From Methylorubrum extorquens (lineage in GTDB: Bacteria > Pseudomonadota > Alphaproteobacteria > Rhizobiales > Beijerinckiaceae), in contig LT962688.1 in the NCBI GenBank assembly GCA_900234795.1, positions 4,770,001-4,802,000 of the forward strand: 32,000 bases of DNA, read 5' to 3'. The notes under the pieces were generated by a model. It was not told the DNA's origin, ran no database searches, and was given only the letters and a program-made list of their open reading frames with translations. The translations under genes and the position numbers were made by a program. This document shows positions 1-7,551 of the stretch, in pieces. How positions within the stretch are numbered: position 1 is the first letter of the stretch; each line of letters opens with the position of its first letter.

Positions 1-624
1 ACCCGCCAACCCAAGCGCGGGCGCCTCTGGGACAACGACGGCTCCTGCTTGCGGCTGCGGCCTGAGCGGCGCGACCACGTCTGGTCCTACGACTTCGTCG
101 AAGCGCGCACCCACGATGGCCGGAAGGTGCGCATGCTCAACGTGATTGACGAGTTCACCCGCGAGTGCTTGGCGATCCGGGTCGCACGCAAGCTCAAGGC
201 AGTCGACGTGATCGACGTCTTGTCCGACCTGTTCATACTGCGCGGCGTGCCCGAGCATGTTCGCTCGGACAATGGCCCTGAGTTCGTGGCCAAGAGCGTG
301 CAGGCTTGGATCATGGGGGTGGGCGCGAAGACGGCCTACATCGCGCCAGGATCGCCCTGGGAAAATGGCTTCGTCGAAAGCTTCAACGCACGGCTACGCG
401 ACGAACTGCTGGACGGAGAGATCTTCTATAGCTTGCGGGAGGCGCAGATCCTGATCGAGAGCTGGCGGCGGCACTACAACACCGTCCGCCCGCATGGCGC
501 ACTCGGCTATCGGCCGCCCGCGCCAGAGGTCTTCTTACCCGCCTTCACCGCTTGGCCGGCTGCGCTCACCCCACCGGCTCCGCCGGCCAAGCGACCCGTG
601 GAGCAAAGGCCAACCGTGCACTAA
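1..624 (+). CDS. IS3-family transposase OrfB (rve/DDE integrase core), 5'-truncated by the window edge
   Basis: The frame is open from nt 1 ([33 protein letters not shown]...). Catalytic-core hallmarks are present: [21 protein letters not shown], and the C-terminal [15 protein letters not shown] motif typical of IS3 OrfB. Confidence 0.92.
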   Translation, partial: TRQPKRGRLWDNDGSCLRLRPERRDHVWSYDFVEARTHDGRKVRMLNVIDEFTRECLAIRVARKLKAVDVIDVLSDLFILRGVPEHVRSDNGPEFVAKSVQAWIMGVGAKTAYIAPGSPWENGFVESFNARLRDELLDGEIFYSLREAQILIESWRRHYNTVRPHGALGYRPPAPEVFLPAFTAWPAALTPPAPPAKRPVEQRPTVH

Positions 625-658
625 CTCTATGCCTGGACCACCCGGTGGGGGCAGATCA
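1..658 (+). mobile_element. IS3-family insertion sequence, right-hand (3') part; the left part lies outside the window
   Basis: A DDE transposase frame is open from nt 1 to TAA at 622-624. The next 34 bp (ctctatgcctggaccacccggtgggggcagatca, 625-658) end in CA, as IS3-family ends do (5'-TG...CA-3'). The reverse complement TGATCTGCCCCCACC... resembles IS407-group terminal repeats as I recall them. The left end and any target duplication cannot be seen. Confidence 0.75.
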
Positions 659-829
659 GGGGACGAGAGCGATGCGCCCCCCGGCTTCTCTGATGCGTGT
701 GCAGCGACGACCGCCGCAGATCACCACCTAAAGGATTTTATTCAGTAACAACCTTAGATAGCTGATGATGCGGAACTTTGGGGTCAAGATCGGATGATTG
801 GATCCGGGAGCAACAGTAGCACGGCATAA

Positions 830-3800
830 CTATGAGCACCCTGTCGTCGAACCGCAGGTGTCGCACTTCAGGCAGGTACCGTTGCGGACCAGCGTGAAGT
901 TCGCGCATTCGGGGCAGGCCTCGCCGACATAGCCCTTCATCTTCGCTTCGGCCCGGCGGTCGGCGACGGTGCGCTCCGCCTTCGGCTCCGGCTTGGCAAA
1001 GGGCAGCGCTTCGATGCTGCCGACGCTCTGCGGCTCCGCCTTCAGGGCAGTCGCGCCCCGCACCGCGTGGACCGTGCCGCCGGCCGGGGCCGTCTGGCCC
1101 GTGGCCGCTGCGGCCACCCCCGTCGTGGCGCCCGCCGGACCGCCCTGGATCAGGGTGAGCCGGTCGGCCGAGCCGCGCAGCAGGCCGCGGGAGACGACCG
1201 CGGAGGCGGCCGGCGCCGGCTTGGCCGACTCGCGGGTGGTGTCGCCCTCGCCGCCGCCGAGCACCGTGCCGCCGATCTCGGCCGGGTTGACGTGGGCGAG
1301 GTCGGTGCGGCCGAGATACGAGACCGCCAGTTCGCGGAACACGTAGTCGAGCAGCGAGGTCGCGTTCTTGATCGCGTCGTTGCCCTGCACGAAGCCCGCC
1401 GGCTCGAAGCGGGTGAAGGTGAAGGCCTCGACGTATTCCTCGAGCGGCACGCCGTATTGGAGGCCGAGCGAGATCGCGATGGCGAAGTTGTTCATCAGGC
1501 TTCGGAAGGTTGCGCCTTCCTTGTGCATGTCGATGAAGATCTCGCCGAGGCGGCCATCCTCGTATTCGCCGGTGCGCAGGTAGACCTTGTGGCCGCCGAC
1601 GACCGCCTTCTGGGTGTAGCCCTTGCGCCGGTCCGGCATCTTTTCGCGCGAGCGGATCCGCTCGATGCGCTCGATCACCCGCTCGACGATCTTCTCCGCC
1701 GCCGCCGTCGCCTTGGCGGCGGCCGGGGCCTGGATGATCGCCTCCAGAGCCTCGTCGGCCTCCTCCTCGTCATCGGCGATCAACGCCGAGTTGAGCGGCT
1801 GCGAGAGCTTGGAGCCGTCGCGGTAGAGGGCGTTCGCCTTGAGCGCGAGGCGCCAGGACAGCAGGTAGGCCGCCTTGCAATCCTCCACCGTGGCGTCGTT
1901 GGGCATGTTGATGGTCTTGGAGATCGCCCCCGAGATGAAGGGCTGCGCCGCGGCCATCATGTGGATGTGGCTCTCGACCGAGAGGTAGCGCTTGCCGGTG
2001 CGCCCACACGGGTTGGCGCAATCGAACACCGCGTAGTGCTCGGGCTTGAGGAAGGGCGCGCCCTCCAGCGTCATCGCTCCACAGACATGGGTGTTGGCGG
2101 CCTCGATCTCGCGCTTCGAGAAGCCGAGGAAGGGCAGGAGCTCGAAGGTCGGGTCGGCGAGCTTCTCCGCCGGCACCTTGAGGGTGTCCTTGAGGAAGTC
2201 GTCGCCGAGGTTCCAGCGGTTGAACACGAACTTGATGTCAAAGGCCGACTTCAGCCCGGCCTCCACTGCCGCGATCTTGTCGTCGGTGAAGCCCTTGGCG
2301 CGGAGCGAGCCCGGGTTGATCGCGGGGGCCTGACCCATCGAGCCGTGGCCGACGGCGTAAGCCTCGATCTCGGCGATCTCGGCCTCGCGGTAGCCCAGCG
2401 CCCGCAGGGCGTCGGGGGCGGCCTGGTTGATGATCTTGAAGTAGCCGCCGCCGGCGAGCTTCTTGAACTTCACCAGGGCGAAGTCGGGCTCGATGCCGGT
2501 GGTGTCGCAATCCATCACCAGACCGATCGTGCCGGTCGGCGCGATCACGGTGGCCTGCGCGTTGCGGTAGCCGTGCTGCTCGCCGAGCGACAGAGCCCGG
2601 TCCCAGGCCGCGCGGGCATGGGCGCCAATATCGGCCTGCGGGATGTTGGCGTGGTCGAGCGGCACGGGGCTGACGTTCAGGCCCTCGTAGCCGGTGGCCT
2701 CGCCATGCGCCGCACGGCGATGGTTGCGGATCACCCGCAGCATGTGCGCGGCGTTGTCCGGGTAGGCCTCGAAGGTGCCGAGTTCGGCCGCCATCTCGGC
2801 GGAGGTGGCGTAGGCCACGCCCGTCATGATCGCGGTGAGCGCGCCGGCCAGCGCCCGGCCCTTATCGGAGTCGTAGGGCAGGCCCATGGTCATCAGCAGG
2901 CCGCCGATATTGGCGTAGCCGAGGCCCAGCGTGCGGTACTTGTAGGAAAGCTCGGCGATCTCCTTGGACGGAAACTGCGCCATCATCACCGAGATTTCGA
3001 GCACCACGGTCCAGAGCCGGTTGAGGTGCTCGAAAGCCTCGACGTCGAAGTGCTTGGACTGACGATCGTACATCGTCAGCAGGTTGGCGCTGGCGAGGTT
3101 ACAGGCCGTGTCGTCGAGGAACATGTACTCGGAGCACGGGTTCGAGGCCCGGATCCGCCCGCCCTCCGGGCAGGTGTGCCAGTCGTTCATCGTGGTGTTG
3201 AAGTGCAGGCCCGGATCGGCCGAGGCCCAGGCGGCCTCACCGATCTTCTCCCACAGGTCGCGCGCCTGCGGCGTCTTCACGACCTTGCCCGTGGTGCGCG
3301 AGGTCAGGCTCCACGGCCCGTCCGCTTCCACCGCGCGCAGGAATTCGTCGGTCAGCGAGACCGAGTTGTTGGAGTTCTGGCCGGCTACCGTGAGGTAGGC
3401 CTCCGAATCCCAATCGGTGTCGTAGACGGGGAAGTCGATCTTGGTGAAGCCCTGGCGGGCGAACTGCACGACGCGCTTGATGTAGGCGTCCGGCACCATC
3501 GCCTTGCGGGCGGCCTTGATCTCGCGCTTGAGCGCCGGGTTGCGCTCGGGGTCGAAGCAGGCATCGCCCTCGGCCTCGCACTGGGTGCAGGCCTTCATCA
3601 CCGCGGTGAGGTGCTTGGAGACGACCTTGGAGCCCGTCACCAGCGCGGCGACCTTCTGCTCCTCCTTCACCTTCCAGTCGATGAAGTTCTCGACGTCGGG
3701 ATGGTCGATGTCGACGATCACCATCTTGGCGGCGCGCCGGGTGGTGCCGCCCGACTTGATCGCGCCGGCCGCGCGGTCGCCGATCTTGAGGAAGGACATC

Positions 3801-4561
3801 AGGCCCGACGACTTGCCGCCGCCGCCGAGGCGCTCGTTCTCGCCGCGCAGCATCGAGAAGTTGGAGCCGGTGCCCGAGCCGTACTTGAACAGGCGCGCCT
3901 CGCGCACCCACAGGTCCATGATGCCGCCCTCGTTGACGAGGTCGTCCTGCACGGACTGGATGAAGCAGGCATGCGGCTGCGGGTGCTCGTAGGCGGTGGC
4001 CGACTTCGTCAGCACGCCGGTCTTCGGGTCGCAGTAGAAGTGACCCTGGCTCGGCCCGTCGATGCCGTAGGCCCAATGCAGGCCGGTGTTGAACCATTGC
4101 GGCGAGTTCGGCGCCACCATCTGGCGGGCGAGCATGAAGCGCAGCTCGTCCATGAAGGCGGCGGCGTCTTCCTCGGACGAGAAGTAGCCGCCCTTCCAGC
4201 CCCAATAGGTCCAGCAGCCGGCGAGCCGGTCGAACACCTGGGTCGCCGAGATCTCGGAGACGAAGCGCTCCTCCTCCGGCAGTTCGGCGAGCGCGGCCTC
4301 ATCCGGCACGGCGCGCCAGAGGAAGGAGGGAACGCTGTTCTCCTCGACCTTCTTCAGGCGGGCCGGGACGCCGGCCTTGCGGAAATACTTCTGCGCCAGC
4401 ACGTCGGCGGCGACCTGGCTCCAGCTCTCCGGCACGGAAATGCCGTCGAGCCGGAAGACGATCGAGCCGTCCGGGTTGCGAATCTCGCTCACCGCCTTGC
4501 GGAAGGCGATGGCAGCGTAGGGCGACTGGCCTGCCGTCGTGTAGCGCCGCTCGAACCGCAT
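830..4561 (-). CDS. nrdJ: Class II (adenosylcobalamin-dependent) ribonucleotide reductase, 1243 aa
   Basis: The N-terminus [23 protein letters not shown]... is followed by RNR barrel motifs ([31 protein letters not shown]). The C-terminal Cys-rich tail reads [29 protein letters not shown] chose ATG 4561 because GGAGAGGG sits 5-6 nt upstream. The 50-aa upstream extension to 4711 has no RNR-like sequence. Confidence 0.95.
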   Translation of the reverse strand: MRFERRYTTAGQSPYAAIAFRKAVSEIRNPDGSIVFRLDGISVPESWSQVAADVLAQKYFRKAGVPARLKKVEENSVPSFLWRAVPDEAALAELPEEERFVSEISATQVFDRLAGCWTYWGWKGGYFSSEEDAAAFMDELRFMLARQMVAPNSPQWFNTGLHWAYGIDGPSQGHFYCDPKTGVLTKSATAYEHPQPHACFIQSVQDDLVNEGGIMDLWVREARLFKYGSGTGSNFSMLRGENERLGGGGKSSGLMSFLKIGDRAAGAIKSGGTTRRAAKMVIVDIDHPDVENFIDWKVKEEQKVAALVTGSKVVSKHLTAVMKACTQCEAEGDACFDPERNPALKREIKAARKAMVPDAYIKRVVQFARQGFTKIDFPVYDTDWDSEAYLTVAGQNSNNSVSLTDEFLRAVEADGPWSLTSRTTGKVVKTPQARDLWEKIGEAAWASADPGLHFNTTMNDWHTCPEGGRIRASNPCSEYMFLDDTACNLASANLLTMYDRQSKHFDVEAFEHLNRLWTVVLEISVMMAQFPSKEIAELSYKYRTLGLGYANIGGLLMTMGLPYDSDKGRALAGALTAIMTGVAYATSAEMAAELGTFEAYPDNAAHMLRVIRNHRRAAHGEATGYEGLNVSPVPLDHANIPQADIGAHARAAWDRALSLGEQHGYRNAQATVIAPTGTIGLVMDCDTTGIEPDFALVKFKKLAGGGYFKIINQAAPDALRALGYREAEIAEIEAYAVGHGSMGQAPAINPGSLRAKGFTDDKIAAVEAGLKSAFDIKFVFNRWNLGDDFLKDTLKVPAEKLADPTFELLPFLGFSKREIEAANTHVCGAMTLEGAPFLKPEHYAVFDCANPCGRTGKRYLSVESHIHMMAAAQPFISGAISKTINMPNDATVEDCKAAYLLSWRLALKANALYRDGSKLSQPLNSALIADDEEEADEALEAIIQAPAAAKATAAAEKIVERVIERIERIRSREKMPDRRKGYTQKAVVGGHKVYLRTGEYEDGRLGEIFIDMHKEGATFRSLMNNFAIAISLGLQYGVPLEEYVEAFTFTRFEPAGFVQGNDAIKNATSLLDYVFRELAVSYLGRTDLAHVNPAEIGGTVLGGGEGDTTRESAKPAPAASAVVSRGLLRGSADRLTLIQGGPAGATTGVAAAATGQTAPAGGTVHAVRGATALKAEPQSVGSIEALPFAKPEPKAERTVADRRAEAKMKGYVGEACPECANFTLVRNGTCLKCDTCGSTTGCS

Positions 4562-4696
4562 GAATCCCTCTCCCTCGGAGCCAAGCGACCCCGTGCCGCG
4601 GCGCAAGCCGCGGATCATGGATGAAAAGCCGGATGTGCCTCGGCCGGTTCGGGGCCCCGCAGCAGACGACGTGGGAGCCTGTCCGTCATGCGGAAA

Positions 4697-4717
4697 CGGG
4701 GTTTTTCCCAAACCCCG
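4697..4717 (-). promoter_or_regulatory. Stem-loop in the predicted nrdJ leader (8-bp stem, 5-nt loop, followed by UUU)
   Basis: The minus-strand RNA is CGGGGUUU-GGGAA-AAACCCCG-UUUCCG. It lies about 135 nt upstream of the nrdJ start and downstream of the predicted promoter. Confidence 0.4.
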
Positions 4718-4742
4718 CCGACCCGTTCGAAGCGATGCCCGG

Positions 4743-4772
4743 ACCTTACGTCCGAGCGGCCATCTGCGTCAA
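4743..4772 (-). promoter_or_regulatory. Putative sigma70-type promoter of nrdJ
   Basis: On the minus strand: TTGACG (4767-4772), 18 nt, TAAGGT (4743-4748). The -35 hexamer overlaps NrdR-like box 1. Confidence 0.4.
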
Positions 4773-4814
4773 TAACTAGTGCCGGCTACCCGTGTTCCGC
4801 GCTAGATGTTGTGT
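4767..4814 (-). promoter_or_regulatory. Two tandem NrdR-box-like palindromes
   Basis: Box 2 (4799-4814) on the minus strand is ACACAACATCTAGCGC, 12/16 matches to the published NrdR consensus acaCwAtATaTwGtgt. Box 1 (4767-4782) on the minus strand is GCACTAGTTATTGACG, 10/16 matches. The starts are 32 bp apart (about 3 helical turns), the spacing typical of tandem NrdR boxes. Confidence 0.5.
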
Positions 4815-4829
4815 CCTGCATCATAAATC

Positions 4830-4838
4830 TGTGGATAT
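4830..4838 (-). promoter_or_regulatory. DnaA-box-like 9-mer
   Basis: The minus strand reads ATATCCACA, 8/9 matches to TTATCCACA. It lies 16 bp upstream of NrdR-like box 2. Confidence 0.3.
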
Positions 4839-4901
4839 TCGGGGCGGTTCGCTAAGTGGCCTTTCGGCTTGATCGAATCCGCCGGGAAAATTTTTCGGTC
4901 C

Positions 4902-4970
4902 ACAGGGAAGGCGATGGGTTTGGCCGCCCTCGACAGGGTCGGACAGGGTTAACGGGTGCGCGAGACAGGG
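4902..4970 (+). repeat. Four direct copies of ACAGGG (two are GACAGGGT) with helical phasing
   Basis: Copies start at 4902, 4933, 4943 and 4965, giving spacings of 31, 10 and 22 bp. The array lies in the nrdJ / NDUFA12-like divergent intergenic region, 110-180 bp upstream of the ATG at 5081. Confidence 0.6.
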
Positions 4971-5080
4971 GGAGCGTGCCGTAAATGCGACAGCGGCCCG
5001 GGGTGCTGGACTCACACGCACGTGACGACCATAACGACCGCGGCGACGGCACCACGGGTCCGTCGCTCGCCGGAGGAATC

Positions 5081-5497
5081 ATGGCCCTCAAGGACACGCT
5101 GCTGCGCATCTTCACCTGGTGGAACGGGCAGACGATGTCGCTTGCGCTTTATACCGCGCGCAGCGGCCAGTTCGTCGGTTCGGACGAGCTCGGCAACAAA
5201 TACTACAAGGCGCTGGGCCCGCTGATCGACCGCTCGGTCGGCCCGGAACGGCGCTGGGTCGTCTATAACGGCTATGCCGACGCCTCCCGCGTGCCGCCGG
5301 GTTGGCGGGCCTGGCTGTGCCACAACGGCGACGTCGCCCCGAGCGAGGAGGATTACCAGCCTCGCGAGTGGCAGAAGGCCCACGAGGAGAACCTCACCGG
5401 CACGGCGGCGGCCTACCGGCCGAAGGGCTCGCAGCTCTCCTGGGGCCAGCGCCCGGCCGCGACCGGCGATTACGTGCCGTGGACGCCCGCCGAGTAG
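5081..5497 (+). CDS. NADH:ubiquinone oxidoreductase subunit NDUFA12 (B17.2)-like protein, 138 aa
   Basis: MALKDTLLRIFTWWNGQTMSLALYTARSGQFVGSDELGNKYY...RRWVVYNG...VPPGWRAWLCH is the family signature. GGAGGA lies 3 nt upstream of ATG 5081. Confidence 0.9.
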   Translation: MALKDTLLRIFTWWNGQTMSLALYTARSGQFVGSDELGNKYYKALGPLIDRSVGPERRWVVYNGYADASRVPPGWRAWLCHNGDVAPSEEDYQPREWQKAHEENLTGTAAAYRPKGSQLSWGQRPAATGDYVPWTPAE

Positions 5498-5558
5498 ACG
5501 AAACCGTGCCGCGAGCCGGGGGCCACCGCGATCTGCCATAGGGCGGTCGGTGCGCAGC

Positions 5559-5599
5559 CCGGGCGGAACTGACAGCATCACGGCCCGGCCGCCCTTTTT
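5559..5599 (+). terminator. Possible intrinsic terminator after the NDUFA12-like gene
   Basis: A GC-rich hairpin can form two ways: CCGGGC 5559-5564 with GCCCGG 5583-5588, or GGGCGG 5561-5566 with CCGCCC 5589-5594. TTTTT follows at 5595-5599. Confidence 0.4.
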
Positions 5600-5675
5600 C
5601 CACCACCCTTGGGGTGTTGGAACGGCCGCACCGTTTGCCGGCCGCGATGGCCGGCTCCAGACTCAAGAGGGCGCC

Positions 5676-6335
5676 TTGAGCCGCATCCCCGCAACGATCC
5701 TGCGCCGGACCGCACTCGGCACGCTCGCCCTGGCGCTCTGCGCGCTGCCGGCCTCTGCCGACAAGATCAAGAACCCGACCGCGGTGTTCTCCGGCCTCGA
5801 CAAGATCACCGGCCGGATCGTGACCTTCGAGGTCGCCATCGACGAGACGGTGCAGTTCGGCGCGCTGCAGATGACGCCGCGGGTCTGCTACTCGCGCCCG
5901 CCCACCGAGACGCCGAAGACCACGGCCTTCCTCGAGGTCGACGAGGTGACGCTGGACAGCAAGTACCGGCGCATCTTCACCGGCTGGATGTTCGCGGCGA
6001 GCCCCGGCCTGCACGCCATCGAGCACCCGATCTACGATGTGTGGCTGACCGATTGTAAGGGCGGCTCCGACGTGATCGCCGAGGCGAAGGAGCAGGAGGA
6101 CGTGCCCGCGCTCGCCTCGCGCCAGGACAAGCCGAGGAAGAAGGGCGCGGACCCGACCAAGACGTCCGCCCAGGTCAACCAGAACGGTCAGGTCGACGTC
6201 GAGGGGCCGCGCGGCGTGCCGGTCCAGCCCAAGCAGAAGCCCTCGCGCAAGTTCTTCCCGAACAACGAGGGGCCGGCAGCGGCCCCGCCGCCTCCGCGCG
6301 AGCCGCAATCGATCTTCGACGCGATCTTCCGCTAG
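5676..6335 (+). CDS. DUF2155-family exported protein with a Pro/Lys-rich disordered tail
   Basis: Signal peptide LSRIPATILRRTALGTLALALCALPASA, then the conserved core GLDKITGRIVTFEVAIDETVQFGALQMTPRVCYSRPPTETPKTTAFLEV. A TTG start at 5676 preceded by AGAGGG is proposed. The 353-aa track ORF from 5274 overlaps the upstream gene and is not credible. The start is uncertain. Confidence 0.8.
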   Translation: MSRIPATILRRTALGTLALALCALPASADKIKNPTAVFSGLDKITGRIVTFEVAIDETVQFGALQMTPRVCYSRPPTETPKTTAFLEVDEVTLDSKYRRIFTGWMFAASPGLHAIEHPIYDVWLTDCKGGSDVIAEAKEQEDVPALASRQDKPRKKGADPTKTSAQVNQNGQVDVEGPRGVPVQPKQKPSRKFFPNNEGPAAAPPPPREPQSIFDAIFR

Positions 6336-6341
6336 GTTCCC

Positions 6342-6821
6342 CTACGAAGCCAGCCGCTGCCGCGAGGTCATGAAGGGCCCGAGCGGCTGGCGGGCGGCGG
6401 CGAAGGACGCGAGCCCGATCGGGCGCGGCATGCCGACATAGATCGCCTCCATCCCGCCCGAGAGCCGGTAAGCCTCGTGCCAGAAGCCGTTGCCGGCCGG
6501 ATCGCGGCCGAAATCCCGCCACCACGTCTTGTGCGGGTCCGAGCGGGTGAAGGCCTCCAAGCTTTCCAGATCGCGCCAGTACTGCCGCATGCCGATATGG
6601 TTGAGGCCGTAGACGAGGTTCTCGTGCGCCAGCAGTCCGTCCGGCCGCTCGCGCTGCATCTGGGCCAGCCCGCGCCCGATTCCGAGCAGCGCCTTTAGGC
6701 CCCGCATCCGTCCGACGCGAAAGCCGAGATAGACCACGACAAGGCCCGGATAGGCCGAGAGATCGACCGAGTCCCGCGTTGGGCGGCCGTTTGCGGCGGC
6801 TTGCTTATCCGATGTCTGCAT
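6342..6821 (-). CDS. DUF4188 domain protein, 159 aa
   Basis: ...LVVVYLGFRVGRMRGLKALL...MRQYWRDLESLEAFTRSDPHKTWWRDF...GFWHEAYRL matches my recollection of the DUF4188 family. It is divergent from a TetR gene, which is a common arrangement. Confidence 0.8.
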   Translation of the reverse strand: MQTSDKQAAANGRPTRDSVDLSAYPGLVVVYLGFRVGRMRGLKALLGIGRGLAQMQRERPDGLLAHENLVYGLNHIGMRQYWRDLESLEAFTRSDPHKTWWRDFGRDPAGNGFWHEAYRLSGGMEAIYVGMPRPIGLASFAAARQPLGPFMTSRQRLAS

Positions 6822-6834
6822 GGCACCAATCCCA

Positions 6835-6875
6835 TGTTTACGGTGTAATCATAGGCGTGCTGCTTACAGTGTCAA
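6835..6875. promoter_or_regulatory. Candidate TetR operator(s) in the DUF4188/TetR divergent region
   Basis: An imperfect 17-bp palindrome TGTTTACGGTGTAATCA lies at 6835-6851. The direct repeat TTAC[G/A]GTGT[A/C]A occurs at 6838-6848 and 6864-6874, 26 bp apart. Local GC is low. Confidence 0.45.
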
Positions 6876-7486
6876 CATCGAAGGCTGAGTCGAATCCGGC
6901 CAAGGGCGGCTACCATCACGGCGATCTGCGCGAGGCCCTGGTCGCGGCGGGACTGTCGATCCTGGAGGAGGGGGGCGATCCGGCCTCGCTCGGCCTGCGC
7001 GAGACCGCGCGGCGGGCGGGTGTGTCGGCGATGGCGCCCTACCGACACTTTCCCGACAAGGACGCCCTGCTCGCGGCGGTGGCCATCGTTGGCTTCGAGC
7101 GGCTGCGCGCGGCGCTGGAGGTCGCGGATCGGGGAGGGGAGGGGGCGGGACGCGAGGCCCTCTACGCGCAAGGGGCGGCCTACGTCGCCTTTGCCTGTGC
7201 GCAGCCCGGATTGTTTCGTCTGATGTTCGGCGGCGCGCGCTCGGGCGGCTCACGGCCCCAGGCGCTGTGCGAAGCTTCCGCCGCCTACGCGGTGCTGGCC
7301 GAGCGGGTTGCGACGCTGCTGCCGGGGGAGGCCGCCGCCGACGAAGCCTTGCGGTCCTGGGCGCTCGTCCACGGCATCGCCGCGCTCGTCATCGACGGCC
7401 TGCTCGGTGAGGCCGTGCGGACCGACCCGCAGGCGGCCGCGGCGCTCGCCGGCCGCCTGCTGCGGCTCGAACCGATACCCGGCTGA
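6869..7486 (+). CDS. TetR/AcrR-family transcriptional regulator
   Basis: The N-terminal HTH region is GGYHHGDLREALVAAGLSILEEGG...LGLRETARRAGVSAMAPYRHFPDKDALL. The start is uncertain. Codons from 6779 to about 6868 are A/T-ending and atypical of coding sequence here, so GTG 6869 (or GTG 6857) is preferred over the track start at 6779. Confidence 0.85.
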   Translation: MSTSKAESNPAKGGYHHGDLREALVAAGLSILEEGGDPASLGLRETARRAGVSAMAPYRHFPDKDALLAAVAIVGFERLRAALEVADRGGEGAGREALYAQGAAYVAFACAQPGLFRLMFGGARSGGSRPQALCEASAAYAVLAERVATLLPGEAAADEALRSWALVHGIAALVIDGLLGEAVRTDPQAAAALAGRLLRLEPIPG

Positions 7487-7491
7487 AAGAA

Positions 7492-7515
7492 TGGGATCCC
7501 AAAGGGATCATCCCT
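7492..7515. terminator. Possible bidirectional terminator hairpin between the convergent TetR and aat genes
   Basis: The sequence GGGATCCCAAAGGGATCATCCCTT allows GGGAT/ATCCC or AAGGG/CCCTT pairings. On the minus strand ATTCTTT follows. The signal is weak. Confidence 0.3.
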
Positions 7516-7551
7516 TCGGCGGGGTATCAGGGCAGCGCCCCGTTGTCGCCC

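Noticed and set aside
1067-4624. A 1185-aa ORF on the + strand, antisense to nrdJ.
   Set aside because: It exactly mirrors a gene with unmistakable RNR homology. The product is Arg/Gly/Ala/Leu/Val-rich low complexity (RGRxRxxG-type) with no motifs. Long stop-free antisense frames are expected at about 70% GC.
4562-4711. A 50-aa N-terminal extension of NrdJ from ATG 4711.
   Set aside because: The extension ([16 protein letters not shown]...) has no RNR similarity and poor coding character. ATG 4561 has a strong GGAGAGGG ribosome-binding site, and the conserved N-terminus MRFERRYT begins there.
4562-4766. A possible cobalamin (B12) riboswitch in the nrdJ leader.
   Set aside because: I could not find a B12-box-like core. 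Regulatory logic also argues against it, since B12 riboswitches normally repress B12-independent isozymes or B12 supply genes. Only a simple hairpin is evident.
5274-5675. The long (353-aa) version of the DUF2155 ORF, which overlaps the NDUFA12-like gene.
   Set aside because: The upstream 134 codons overlap a conserved gene in another frame and encode Arg/Pro-rich noise. The signal peptide and conserved domain begin after TTG 5676.
6821-6826. A TGGCAC hexamer resembling the -24 element of a sigma54 promoter.
   Set aside because: The required TTGC -12 element is absent at the correct spacing; the sequence is caatcCCATG. The hexamer also overlaps the DUF4188 start codon.
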